A stretch of DNA of 51,488 bases from Chitinophaga pinensis (GCA_945861685.1 CAMAVO010000002.1:1-51488), one strand, 5' to 3'; counted from the first letter of the stretch, positions 17,047-25,584 are shown. The notes: generated by a model from the sequence alone, not told the origin. Translations and numbers: made by a program.

Positions 17047-17870
17047 AATAATCCTCTAAAATTTATTGCTTCTACTTTACAAATATCTTCAAGTCTTCCA
17101 TTCTTGTAAAAAAACTTAGGCTCCCTTTTTAGATCAAATACTCTGTATAAATAGAAGTCGCTATTTTTTATCTTAGAAAATTCATTTTCTTTTTTTGAAA
17201 AGAAAATAGGTGTGTCTATACCCGACTTTGTGCTTTTTACTTCAATGTAAATATTACTTCCGTTAATATTTTTTGAAAGAATATCATAGCCCGCTCCATC
17301 ACCCTCTTCTTTTGACACCCAAACTATTTGCTTCGCTAATTTTGAAAAGCCTAAATTTGACAATCTCCACTTTTCGTAATCAAAAACTAATTGCTCACCT
17401 GCATCTCCAGTTGCTCTGTTTCTCTGCTCAATTTCTAAATAATTGCGTTTAACTACCCTGTCAAAATTAATAGTGGGTTCTTTTATTTTTTTTGGCTTAG
17501 GAGGTTTTTCTTCCCAGTTTTTAAAGTCTACTTGTTTGGGCGTAGTAACCTGTGCGGTTGCAAACGACATAAACTCTTTTTCCAGATTTTTATTTCTTTC
17601 TAAATATTCTAATATTACTTGTTCTGTTAATTTTTGAAAGTTACCATATGGCGCATATCCTTTAATATGTGGTAAGCCTATTTTATATAAGATAGCACTT
17701 ATATTTTGGTGCTTATTCTCAAGCGACTTATGTGACCTATTTAGTAAAGGTTCTATTTTCCTTCTGTGTTCGCTTTTATTAAACGGTATTCCGTCTAATT
17801 CTAAAAGAAGCATTTCAAAATAATTAGAAACAATTATTTCGTTTTCTGCTAGTGTCCAATCTTCTCCCAT
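17043..17870 (-). CDS. DUF3883-type (restriction-endonuclease-fold) protein with N-terminal domain resembling type IV restriction enzyme sensor modules
   Basis: The C-terminus shows GDAGEQLVFDYEKWRL ... GAGYDILS ... YIEVKSTK ... FYLYRVF, the DUF3883 pattern with D/E-x-K-like residues. The N-terminus shows NKSEHRRKIEPLLNRSHKSLENKHQNISAIL. Confidence 0.7.
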   Translation of the reverse strand: MGEDWTLAENEIIVSNYFEMLLLELDGIPFNKSEHRRKIEPLLNRSHKSLENKHQNISAILYKIGLPHIKGYAPYGNFQKLTEQVILEYLERNKNLEKEFMSFATAQVTTPKQVDFKNWEEKPPKPKKIKEPTINFDRVVKRNYLEIEQRNRATGDAGEQLVFDYEKWRLSNLGFSKLAKQIVWVSKEEGDGAGYDILSKNINGSNIYIEVKSTKSGIDTPIFFSKKENEFSKIKNSDFYLYRVFDLKREPKFFYKNGRLEDICKVEAINFRGLF

Positions 17871-18014
17871 ATAAAGTGGATTTTAAATGCAATAATAACA
17901 ATTCAGATTTATATTCTTCTTTTGATGCGGGACATATTGTAGCTGCGGGTTTGGGTGGAGTGGATGTCCATAGGGCAAAGATACTATGTATGGTGTTTGG
18001 TAATGGAAAGGGCT

Positions 18015-18040
18015 CTCGCCAAAGGCGAGACAGGTGAGGG
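18015..18040 (+). repeat. palindromic element related to family A (CTCGCC-AAA-GGCGAG followed by ACAGGTGAGGG)
   Basis: Hairpin plus a GGTGAGGG tail, the same architecture as the copies at 2349 and 40256. Confidence 0.5.
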
Positions 18041-18197
18041 ACAGGATGGGCGGGGGCGAGCCCCACCCCAACGACAATGATTTTTTAACATTTGTTAACA
18101 CAATAAATCTGTGTTGTTTTTCGTTATCGGATTAAGAACGGGTTTAACCGTTTTGTGCAGAAAACTGAATAACGAACCTTTTTAAATTTAAAACATC

Positions 18198-18455
18198 ATG
18201 AAAACAATTGAGTATCTGAAATTCGGGAAAACAAGCATAACCCTGCATAATGCTAAGATTATAGCGTTGGTGATACTGGGTTTTGAACGCAAGGAAATAG
18301 CTGAAAAGCTTGGAATTGCTGAGAGTACGCTTAATACGGAGATGGGGATTTTGTTTAAGAGTTTGCAAGTTAATAATGCTGCGAGGCTGGCAGCAGTTGC
18401 GGTGGAGAATGGCTTTGATACTAAGGGAAGGTTTAAAAGGAGGAGGATTTTGTGA
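18198..18455 (+). CDS. stand-alone LuxR/GerE-type helix-turn-helix protein
   Basis: 85 aa. IIALVILGFERKEIAEKLGIAESTLNTEMGILFKSLQVNNAARLA fits the LuxR C-terminal HTH pattern. Confidence 0.65.
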   Translation: MKTIEYLKFGKTSITLHNAKIIALVILGFERKEIAEKLGIAESTLNTEMGILFKSLQVNNAARLAAVAVENGFDTKGRFKRRRIL

Positions 18456-18741
18456 AGGTTTTTGATTAGTGGTTTTCTACTAATTGAAAAGTTGTAATGG
18501 AAAAGATGTGATGGAGGGTGGTGGTTTTTGGGGGAACTTTGGGGTGGAAGTTGGAGGATGGAAGTTGGAGGATGGAAGAGAACAGGAATAATGAATGTCG
18601 AATAAGGATTAACGAAGTAAGAAGTAAAATAAATAATAAGAGCAGAGTCGGCAATATTGAGATTGCTTCACCCGCAGGAAGCGGGTTCGCAATGACGGAA
18701 GGAAGAATGAATGTTGAATAAGGAACGATATTAAAAATGAG

Positions 18742-18766
18742 ATGCTGAAACGAGTTCAGCATGACG
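18742..18766. repeat. half copy of palindromic element family B (ATGCTGAA-N4-TTCAGCAT-GACG)
   Basis: It has the same hairpin as the full copies at 25089, 33614 and 39580. Confidence 0.6.
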
Positions 18767-18955
18767 GAAAATAAAACTACTTCAAATACCACCCCGGTCT
18801 GCGACCACCCCTCCTTGAAAAAAGGAGGGGAATGAAAAAAAGAAAAATATGAAATGATTTCTACGCACATTAACTATTCAATTTAATTGTTTAACCGTTG
18901 GGAGGCAAAAAAGCCCTGCATAGTCAGGGGCTGACTGACACAAAAAGTAGAAATC

Positions 18956-19942
18956 ATGAGTAACTATAATTTTTCAATGGCGGTGCTTTATACAGTGTGC
19001 CGCTTAGCATGGCAGAACTGCCTAAACAATGTTGCGGTGTTTGCAGCACGCAAAGGATTTTACAACGCTGCTTATATAGCTGCACGCATGGCAGAAATAG
19101 ATGCTGCCGAAAATCTGCCTGACGAACAGGCGCGGGATGATGCGCACGAAACGCTGCGCATACAGTTGAAGGTGAAAGCGGGAATATGCCGCGAATACTG
19201 GAATTATCTGGAGCGGTATATTGTATCGGCTTATGTGAAAGCCGAGCGCAAACCCAAAACGGAAGCTGCCGGAAAAGACCAGTATGACCTTGGCGGAGAG
19301 AGTGACTGGGATATGATTGCACTGATGATGAGCAATGCTTATCAGTTTATATTGGATAACAGTGCTGTGCTTGCCATAAACTTAGAAACCGGAACACCGG
19401 ATAATATGCCTGCAGGTTTTGCTGCTGAGTTTCTGGGTATCAAGAATGATTTTGATACTGCACACTTAGCTTTTTTACAAGCAGAAGAAGGCGCGCAAAC
19501 AGGAACACAAACCAAAAGCGATGCGAATGATCTGATTTATGAAAAGATGCGCCTGATGATGGATGATGGTGTAGCGTATTTTAAAAATAATGCTGCGGTG
19601 AAAAAGCAATTTGTATTGGTGAATTTGCTTGAGTTGGTTGGTACACCGGGCGAAAGCGGACTATTAAAAACAGGAACGCTTAACAGCGGAAACACATTGA
19701 ATTTGTTTAAAGAAGAGGATTTAGAAACTGACAGCGCGTTTAAAGCAGACTGTACAGATGGTCCGAGCTTCTGGTTGTTTTCGGCAAACAGCGAGCTGGA
19801 AGGTTTCAGCGGTCCGGGTGTTTATGTTACCAACGCCAATGCGGATACATTTACATGGGCTCAATTGGGAGGCGAAAAACCTTTTGTAAACTGCTATAAC
19901 CCGAACGGTGTGGTTATCAGCTATGAGGTAAAGGTGATTTAA
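18956..19942 (+). CDS. hypothetical protein (328 aa), no signal peptide
   Basis: A long ORF with normal composition, ending before a good terminator. No motif recognised. Confidence 0.6.
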   Translation: MSNYNFSMAVLYTVCRLAWQNCLNNVAVFAARKGFYNAAYIAARMAEIDAAENLPDEQARDDAHETLRIQLKVKAGICREYWNYLERYIVSAYVKAERKPKTEAAGKDQYDLGGESDWDMIALMMSNAYQFILDNSAVLAINLETGTPDNMPAGFAAEFLGIKNDFDTAHLAFLQAEEGAQTGTQTKSDANDLIYEKMRLMMDDGVAYFKNNAAVKKQFVLVNLLELVGTPGESGLLKTGTLNSGNTLNLFKEEDLETDSAFKADCTDGPSFWLFSANSELEGFSGPGVYVTNANADTFTWAQLGGEKPFVNCYNPNGVVISYEVKVI

Positions 19943-19980
19943 GGCAAAAAACGAAGTGCTTCTCTTGTTGGCATTGTGTA

Positions 19981-20021
19981 AATCCCTCTTGCATTGGTTA
20001 GTTGCAAGGGGGATTTTTTAT
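19981..20021 (+). terminator. rho-independent terminator
   Basis: 13-bp stem AATCCCTCTTGCA/TGCAAGGGGGATT (one G-U pair), 9-nt loop, then TTTTT. Confidence 0.7.
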
Positions 20022-20061
20022 ATGGCCTTTTCTTCGTACTTTTGCAAGGTAGTATATCTCC

Positions 20062-20973
20062 ATGAAAAATCTGATTCTAAAATACATAAGCATCTGCTGC
20101 TTTGTATTGTGCTCTGTTTTTGCGCAGGCACAAAGCCCTTCTGTTGTTACAACGGGAGCAGACGAGCTTCGCATTCTCTCCTGGAATATCTATATGTTAC
20201 CCAACGTATTTTTTCCTAAAATAGGACAACTGGAACGGGCTGAAGCGATTGCAGAACAACTGAAAAATGAGGCGTATGATGTAATTGTTTTTCAGGAAGC
20301 GTTTGAAAAAAAGGCAAGAGAAATTTTGTGGGAAGGCTTGAAAGAGAAGTTTCCTTTTTCGACAGGGCCGGGCGATGGAGGTTTTCTTAAATTGAACAGC
20401 GGTGTATGGATTTTGAGTAAGCTGGAATTTACTTCGGTTGCCACTATTGAATTTAACACCTGCAAAATTGCGGACTGCATATCTAAAAAAGGCGCGATAC
20501 TTGTTGAGCTGACAAAAAACGGAAAAATCTTTCAGGTGATAGGAACCCATTTACAGGCCGAGAATTATCCGGAAGTGCGCAAAGAACAATTTCAGGATAT
20601 TGCTGAAAAATTGCTGAAGCCTTATGAAAAAGAAAATGTGCCACAGTTTATTGTTGGCGATTTGAATACAATGCCCGAGGAAGCCGGATACTGCGATATG
20701 CTTACACTATTAAATGCCGAAGATTGTGCTCCACGTAAAACAAAATCGTGGCTGAAAGACCTTGGAACCTGGGGCGGAAGAGAGAACGATTTGTTTAAGG
20801 CAGATGCTAACCGTACTCCGCAGCTGCTGGATTATATTCTTATAAAAGAAAACGGGAAATGCTCGGCATGGATTGACCGCACGATTGAAGTTATTCAACA
20901 GGCCTGGGATAAAACCAGAACCAGAAAAGACCTGAGCGACCACTATGCCGTGGCTGCTGTAATACGCTATTAA
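20062..20973 (+). CDS. secreted endonuclease/exonuclease/phosphatase (EEP) family protein, sphingomyelinase-C-like
   Basis: It has a signal peptide and EEP motifs (LRILSWNIYMLP, VIVFQEAF, GTHLQAE, VGDLNT, SDHYAV). Confidence 0.8.
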   Translation: MKNLILKYISICCFVLCSVFAQAQSPSVVTTGADELRILSWNIYMLPNVFFPKIGQLERAEAIAEQLKNEAYDVIVFQEAFEKKAREILWEGLKEKFPFSTGPGDGGFLKLNSGVWILSKLEFTSVATIEFNTCKIADCISKKGAILVELTKNGKIFQVIGTHLQAENYPEVRKEQFQDIAEKLLKPYEKENVPQFIVGDLNTMPEEAGYCDMLTLLNAEDCAPRKTKSWLKDLGTWGGRENDLFKADANRTPQLLDYILIKENGKCSAWIDRTIEVIQQAWDKTRTRKDLSDHYAVAAVIRY

Positions 20974-20994
20974 TTACTAAATTTAAATACCGAA

Positions 20995-21846
20995 ATGAGA
21001 AAACTGATTTTCCTCTTTATTGCATTTTTTGTAGCCCTTTCAAGTGTTTGGGCGCAACCCATGCCTGCACACACCGAACTGTTTGATAAAATGATGGCTT
21101 CCATTGCCAATGTGAAAACATTGAAATTCCGATTAGTAAAAAACGAACGGATGGCAAATGGGAAAATGGCTGGCGGTGACCAACAGGTGAAGATGAGTAC
21201 AACTCCTTTTAAGTGTTACCTGAAAATTGCAAAGCCTAATGCCGGTGCTGAGGTTTTATATATCAGCGGTACAAATAATAACAATGCATTGGTAAATCCA
21301 AATGCATTTCCCTATATCAATCTTAACCTTGACCCCTACGGAGATATTTTAAGAACGGATCAGCATCACACTATTCACGAACTTGGTTTTGTTTATACGG
21401 GCGAACTATTGAAAGATGCGCACGACCGTTACAAAGAAAAGATTGATGAGTTTATGAAAAACGAAGGAATTATAAAATGGGACGGCCGAGATGTTTATAA
21501 AATTGTGTTGGATAACAAAGAGTACAAATATGTTGATTACACGGTGCTGGCAGGAGAAGATTTAATAAAAATTGCCCGCAAGAAAAAGGTGGGTGAATAC
21601 AATCTGATGGAAATAAACGGGATGAAGAATTTTACTTCTGTAAAAGCGGGACAGGTGATTAAAGTGCCTATCACGTATGCTAAAAGAATTGTAGTTTACA
21701 TTGACAAACTAACCTATTTGCCCATTTATCAGGAGCTTTATGACACCAAAGGTTTGATGGCTACTTATGAGTACCATAACTTAGTGGTAAACCCTGTGAT
21801 AGCTCCCGAAGAGTTTACAAAGGGTTACAAAGATTACGGATATTAA
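20995..21846 (+). CDS. secreted DUF1571-like protein with an embedded LysM motif
   Basis: It has a signal peptide and a LysM-like stretch (YTVLAGEDLIKIARKKKVGEYNLMEINGMKNFTSVKAGQVIKVP). The DUF1571 assignment is from memory only. Confidence 0.55.
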   Translation: MRKLIFLFIAFFVALSSVWAQPMPAHTELFDKMMASIANVKTLKFRLVKNERMANGKMAGGDQQVKMSTTPFKCYLKIAKPNAGAEVLYISGTNNNNALVNPNAFPYINLNLDPYGDILRTDQHHTIHELGFVYTGELLKDAHDRYKEKIDEFMKNEGIIKWDGRDVYKIVLDNKEYKYVDYTVLAGEDLIKIARKKKVGEYNLMEINGMKNFTSVKAGQVIKVPITYAKRIVVYIDKLTYLPIYQELYDTKGLMATYEYHNLVVNPVIAPEEFTKGYKDYGY

Positions 21847-21908
21847 TCATTTTATCGCAAAACTTTAGGTCTGCATACAACTGCATTGACTGGCACTTTC
21901 GCAGCAAC

Positions 21909-22805
21909 ATGAAACTTCCGCTGCTACTTCTTTTTTTCCTCTTCCTCCACACCGCGCTATGCGCTCAACAAGTCATACCCAATATCCCCGAAGCCTTTCA
22001 AGCCATCCCCAACCAGCAGCCCCGTATCTGCCATTTTAAAAGCTGCATAAAAACACCCGCAGGAGGTCACCTCCAGGGCATACAAGGCTACACACACGAT
22101 ACCCGCACCTCTTTCATCATCACCGGCAGCGCCTCCTCCTTTTCCTATTATATAACCGCTCCCGAAAAAGGAGATGCCACCCTTCACAAAATTGCAAATG
22201 AGCCCCTGCGCCATGCCGGAGGATGCCAGCTCGCCAACAACAAAGTGTTTACAGGAATTGAAGACAATGCGCAGAAAGACAAATCCGATGTGGTCATGTT
22301 CGCTCCCGGAATAAAGCCTGTTGAAACCCTTCTAAAGCGCAGCGGAATTTTTAAACGCTCTACTGCCGTTGCCGTGGGCGCTCTTTACCTCAACGGGAAT
22401 TACTTAGTAGCCGTTGCCGACTGGGATTCGCGCCACCTGGATTTCTACCGCTCGAGCACTAAAGGCCTTGACTCCGTTGCAACCTATACCGCTTCCGGAA
22501 AATGGGGTTCCTACCAATCCATCAACCTGCTGTCCGATACCGCAGGCGCTGTTTTTCTCATCGGCTTTTGCCGCGAAGGAAAAAACAACCGTGCCGACCT
22601 GTTCAGTGTTATAAATTACCGGCTCACGCTCCTTAGCTCCCGTTATTTTGAATGCACCAACGGCAGCAGCTTCCGCTATGCCGCAGGCATAGGCATCACC
22701 ACCGAAAACAAACTCGTTGTTATAGCCTGCCCTCGCAAACTGAAAAAGCGCAACAGCATCAACATCTTTGGTTCAGATGAAGCATTGCCGCTGCGCTTTA
22801 AGTAA
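21909..22805 (+). CDS. hypothetical secreted protein, compositionally GC-rich
   Basis: It has a signal peptide (MKLPLLLLFFLFLHTALCAQQ). Recurrent motifs such as HLQGIQG and RHAGGCQ are visible. No family recognised. Confidence 0.6.
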   Translation: MKLPLLLLFFLFLHTALCAQQVIPNIPEAFQAIPNQQPRICHFKSCIKTPAGGHLQGIQGYTHDTRTSFIITGSASSFSYYITAPEKGDATLHKIANEPLRHAGGCQLANNKVFTGIEDNAQKDKSDVVMFAPGIKPVETLLKRSGIFKRSTAVAVGALYLNGNYLVAVADWDSRHLDFYRSSTKGLDSVATYTASGKWGSYQSINLLSDTAGAVFLIGFCREGKNNRADLFSVINYRLTLLSSRYFECTNGSSFRYAAGIGITTENKLVVIACPRKLKKRNSINIFGSDEALPLRFK

Positions 22806-22816
22806 GTCCTCTCTGT

Positions 22817-25066
22817 TTACTTTATCGCAAACCTCAGCCCCGCATACACCACTGCTCCCATCCCTGGCCCCCACACCATAGAGGCATCAAAGTAAGGCCC
22901 GAAAGGGTCTGCAGCCGCTACAATTGCTCCGCGCTGCATAAAGTTGGTCAGGTTCTCGCCCCCGAGGTAAACCTCAAAGCGTTTGAATTTTTTGGTCACC
23001 TGCGCATTGATGGTAAAGTATGGCGCAGAATAATTTGCACGCTGATATTTCGCAGGGTTTTCCGTTGTTCCCGGAAGTCGGCTACGTCCGAAACGTTGCA
23101 ACGTTAAATCAAACTTCCATTTCTCAAACCGGGTGAAGTATCCAAAGTTCAGCAGCATTCTTCCCGCTGTGGTCATCGGTTTGCGCATCAATGTTCCCGC
23201 ATACGTACTGCGCACATCGTAGTATTTATAAGCAGCTTTTACTGAAAACTGTTTCAGCGGCTCTATCGCAGCTTCTACCTGAAAACTGTTGGAATATGAT
23301 TTGCCATCTAAATTATAAAAGCTCACTTCGCGTGCACTGTAATCCAGATCAACCACCACCTGATTCAAAAAGTTAGTGTAGAAATAATCAGCGCTGATGC
23401 TGGCATCTCTTCCGAATAAACGAAAACTCTGACTCAGCGAAACCCCATAGTTCCATGCAATTTCGGGCATCAGTTTTTCTTTAACAATCACCGTGCGCGC
23501 ACTTGCCAGCACCGAAGCATTTTCGGCAAAGGGGTTGGCTACACGAAAACCTCTTCCTGCCGCCACACGAAAAATAGTTTCTTCGGCAATGTTTATCTTA
23601 ATGTTCACGCGAGGGTTAAACATAAAGCCATACAGGTTGTGATAATCACCTCTTACACCCGCAACAAACGAAAAAGTTGACATGTTGTTATAACTGTACT
23701 CCGCAAACGCACCCGGCACAATTTCCCTGCGCGTGAAAAGTGAATCATTGTACGTTTCCACAAAATCATCCAGCAAAAAACTAACCCCTGCGCGTATCTT
23801 ATTATCACCATTCACCACCTTATCCTGATAAATCAGATTAGCATACAACGTTTTTTCCGTCCCTGAATACCTCTTCAACCCGAACAAAGAATTCATTTCG
23901 TGATAGCGCACCGAAGTGATTAATCCCAAGCTGCGGTCGAGGTTTCCGGGAAACATCAATCCTGTTTTGTTGCTTACCTCCAATTGTTTGGTCAGCACTT
24001 TTATCAGGTATTTTTCCATCGCGCTATGCCCCGAATGTTCTTCAAAAGCCTCATCCGTTTGTCCCCCGGTTTTGTTTTCGTAAACACCTTTTATGTTCAG
24101 TTGCATTTCAATTCTTTTACCACTGTGATATTTCCAGCGGTTAAAAAAATTGTATTGCTGCTGCCTGGGTGTATCCATAAAACCATCGTGGTTATTATCG
24201 TTCTGCCTTAAAACAGTATTGCCATGCAGAAATAACATCGTACTCAGTTTCTGGTTGAATTTTGTTCCGGTATGAATATTCACCTCTCCCCTTCCTCCCG
24301 AACTACCGTAAACATTCACAAAAAGTTTATCGGCCTTCTCAGCATCGGGCTTCAGAAATTCAAGATTTATTTGTCCTGCCATCTGCTCATAACCGTTCAC
24401 CACCGAGCCCGTTCCTTTTGAGACCTGAATGGATTCAATCCATGTTCCAGGCACAAAGCCCAGACCGTAAGCAGAAGACAAACCGCGTATCATCGGAATC
24501 ATTTCGCCTTGTATCTGCGTGTAGATTCCATCCAATCCCAGCAACTGAATTTTCTTCGCTCCCGAAACTGCATCGGTGTAAACCACATCTACCGAGGCAT
24601 TGGTGGTAAAGCTTTCACTCAGGTTACAGCAAGCGGCTTTCTGTAATTCTGCTCCTGTTATTTTTTCCGTCAGTATCGGATCAATCCGCGAAAGGAACGT
24701 GCTTTGTTGCTTTCCTTCAATAGTTACCTGACTTAACTCAACACTGCTTTTCAGTTTAACGGTGAGAAATGTTTCGTTGGAAATACTAAGCGTGTCGCTT
24801 ACATAGCCGGTGAAACTTACTACCAGTTTTATCTGCGTTTTTGGGTTTCTGTTCAGCGTAAAATTTCCGTCAATGTCAGTAACGGCACCTTCATTTGTCC
24901 CCAGCCAATGCACATTTGCAAAGGAGAGCGGAGCTTCCTGCCTACCGTCAGGCATGGCTTTTTTCTGTTCGTCAATTCCGTAAACAATTCCTTCAAGGGT
25001 TTGCGCAAAAGCCAAACCCGGGAAAGAGAGGAAGACAATTAATAGTTTAATAAACCAGTTTTTCAT
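22817..25066 (-). CDS. TonB-dependent receptor with N-terminal carboxypeptidase-regulatory-like domain
   Basis: 749 aa with a signal peptide, a CarbopepD_reg-like start (LEGIVYGIDE ... NVHWLGTNEGAVTDIDGNF), a plug region, and a C-terminal beta-barrel ending in an aromatic-rich strand (VVYAGLRFAIK). Confidence 0.9.
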   Translation of the reverse strand: MKNWFIKLLIVFLSFPGLAFAQTLEGIVYGIDEQKKAMPDGRQEAPLSFANVHWLGTNEGAVTDIDGNFTLNRNPKTQIKLVVSFTGYVSDTLSISNETFLTVKLKSSVELSQVTIEGKQQSTFLSRIDPILTEKITGAELQKAACCNLSESFTTNASVDVVYTDAVSGAKKIQLLGLDGIYTQIQGEMIPMIRGLSSAYGLGFVPGTWIESIQVSKGTGSVVNGYEQMAGQINLEFLKPDAEKADKLFVNVYGSSGGRGEVNIHTGTKFNQKLSTMLFLHGNTVLRQNDNNHDGFMDTPRQQQYNFFNRWKYHSGKRIEMQLNIKGVYENKTGGQTDEAFEEHSGHSAMEKYLIKVLTKQLEVSNKTGLMFPGNLDRSLGLITSVRYHEMNSLFGLKRYSGTEKTLYANLIYQDKVVNGDNKIRAGVSFLLDDFVETYNDSLFTRREIVPGAFAEYSYNNMSTFSFVAGVRGDYHNLYGFMFNPRVNIKINIAEETIFRVAAGRGFRVANPFAENASVLASARTVIVKEKLMPEIAWNYGVSLSQSFRLFGRDASISADYFYTNFLNQVVVDLDYSAREVSFYNLDGKSYSNSFQVEAAIEPLKQFSVKAAYKYYDVRSTYAGTLMRKPMTTAGRMLLNFGYFTRFEKWKFDLTLQRFGRSRLPGTTENPAKYQRANYSAPYFTINAQVTKKFKRFEVYLGGENLTNFMQRGAIVAAADPFGPYFDASMVWGPGMGAVVYAGLRFAIK

Positions 25067-25088
25067 ATTCTTTTGTTTTGTCTCGTAT

Positions 25089-25152
25089 CGTCATGCTGAA
25101 CTTGTTTCAGCATCGTTAAAGTCAAAGACCCTGAAACCAGTTCAGGGTGACG
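25089..25152. repeat. palindromic element family B, full copy (two hairpins framed by CGTCA ... TGACG)
   Basis: ATGCTGAA-CTTG-TTTCAGCAT at 25093-25113 and ACCCTGAA-ACCA-GTTCAGGGT at 25128-25148. The outer inverted repeat is 25089-25093 with 25148-25152. Confidence 0.8.
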
Positions 25153-25191
25153 TTAGCCGACAAAAATGTCAGCTACAAAAACAAAAGAGAA

Positions 25192-25584
25192 TCAGATACG
25201 AAAAACCGAAACGAGAATAAGAATGTCTTTCCCTGAAATGAGAGGTGGAGCATGAGCGACCTCTACAAGTTGCGTTGTTGCAACTTCAGTAAAAACAAAA
25301 ACAGCAAGTGTAAAATAATCAACAGCAATATCAAACTTGAAATTGAAATTGCTGACGATGGTTTGAATATCCAACTTAAAGTAGTCGGTAGAATAATCGC
25401 AACACTTTGCTTCAACAGCATTAGCGGTTTTGCTTTCTTTTACGCAACAATCAGCACTTTGAAAAAAAGAAATCTTAACCGCGCCACTTACTAAGCAAAC
25501 CATTTTGTGTGCAGTAATGCCGATACTCAATACGAGCATCAACAGAGCCATTGCAACAGAAAAGTATTTGCGTAAAAAGTTCAT
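25192..25584 (-). CDS. small Cys-rich membrane protein (possibly HYC_CC_PP-type)
   Basis: It has one N-terminal TM segment, then HKMVC, ADCC, KCC and HAPP motifs. It lies immediately upstream of, and co-directional with, the TonB-dependent receptor. The family name is recollection only. Confidence 0.45.
   Translation of the reverse strand: MNFLRKYFSVAMALLMLVLSIGITAHKMVCLVSGAVKISFFQSADCCVKESKTANAVEAKCCDYSTDYFKLDIQTIVSNFNFKFDIAVDYFTLAVFVFTEVATTQLVEVAHAPPLISGKDILILVSVFRI

Noticed and set aside
17852-18101. Short ORFs between the DUF3883 gene and the LuxR-type gene, including a plus-frame peptide with FDAGHIVAAGLGG that looks like a gene fragment
   Set aside because: The ORFs are 61-80 aa, overlap each other and run through a palindromic repeat (18015-18040). 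One short peptide-like motif is not enough to call a pseudogene.
18466-18870. 134-aa minus-strand ORF
   Set aside because: It is composed entirely of translated short repeats and hairpins (family B half element and the CCCCTCC/GGAGGGG hairpin). It has no plausible start context.
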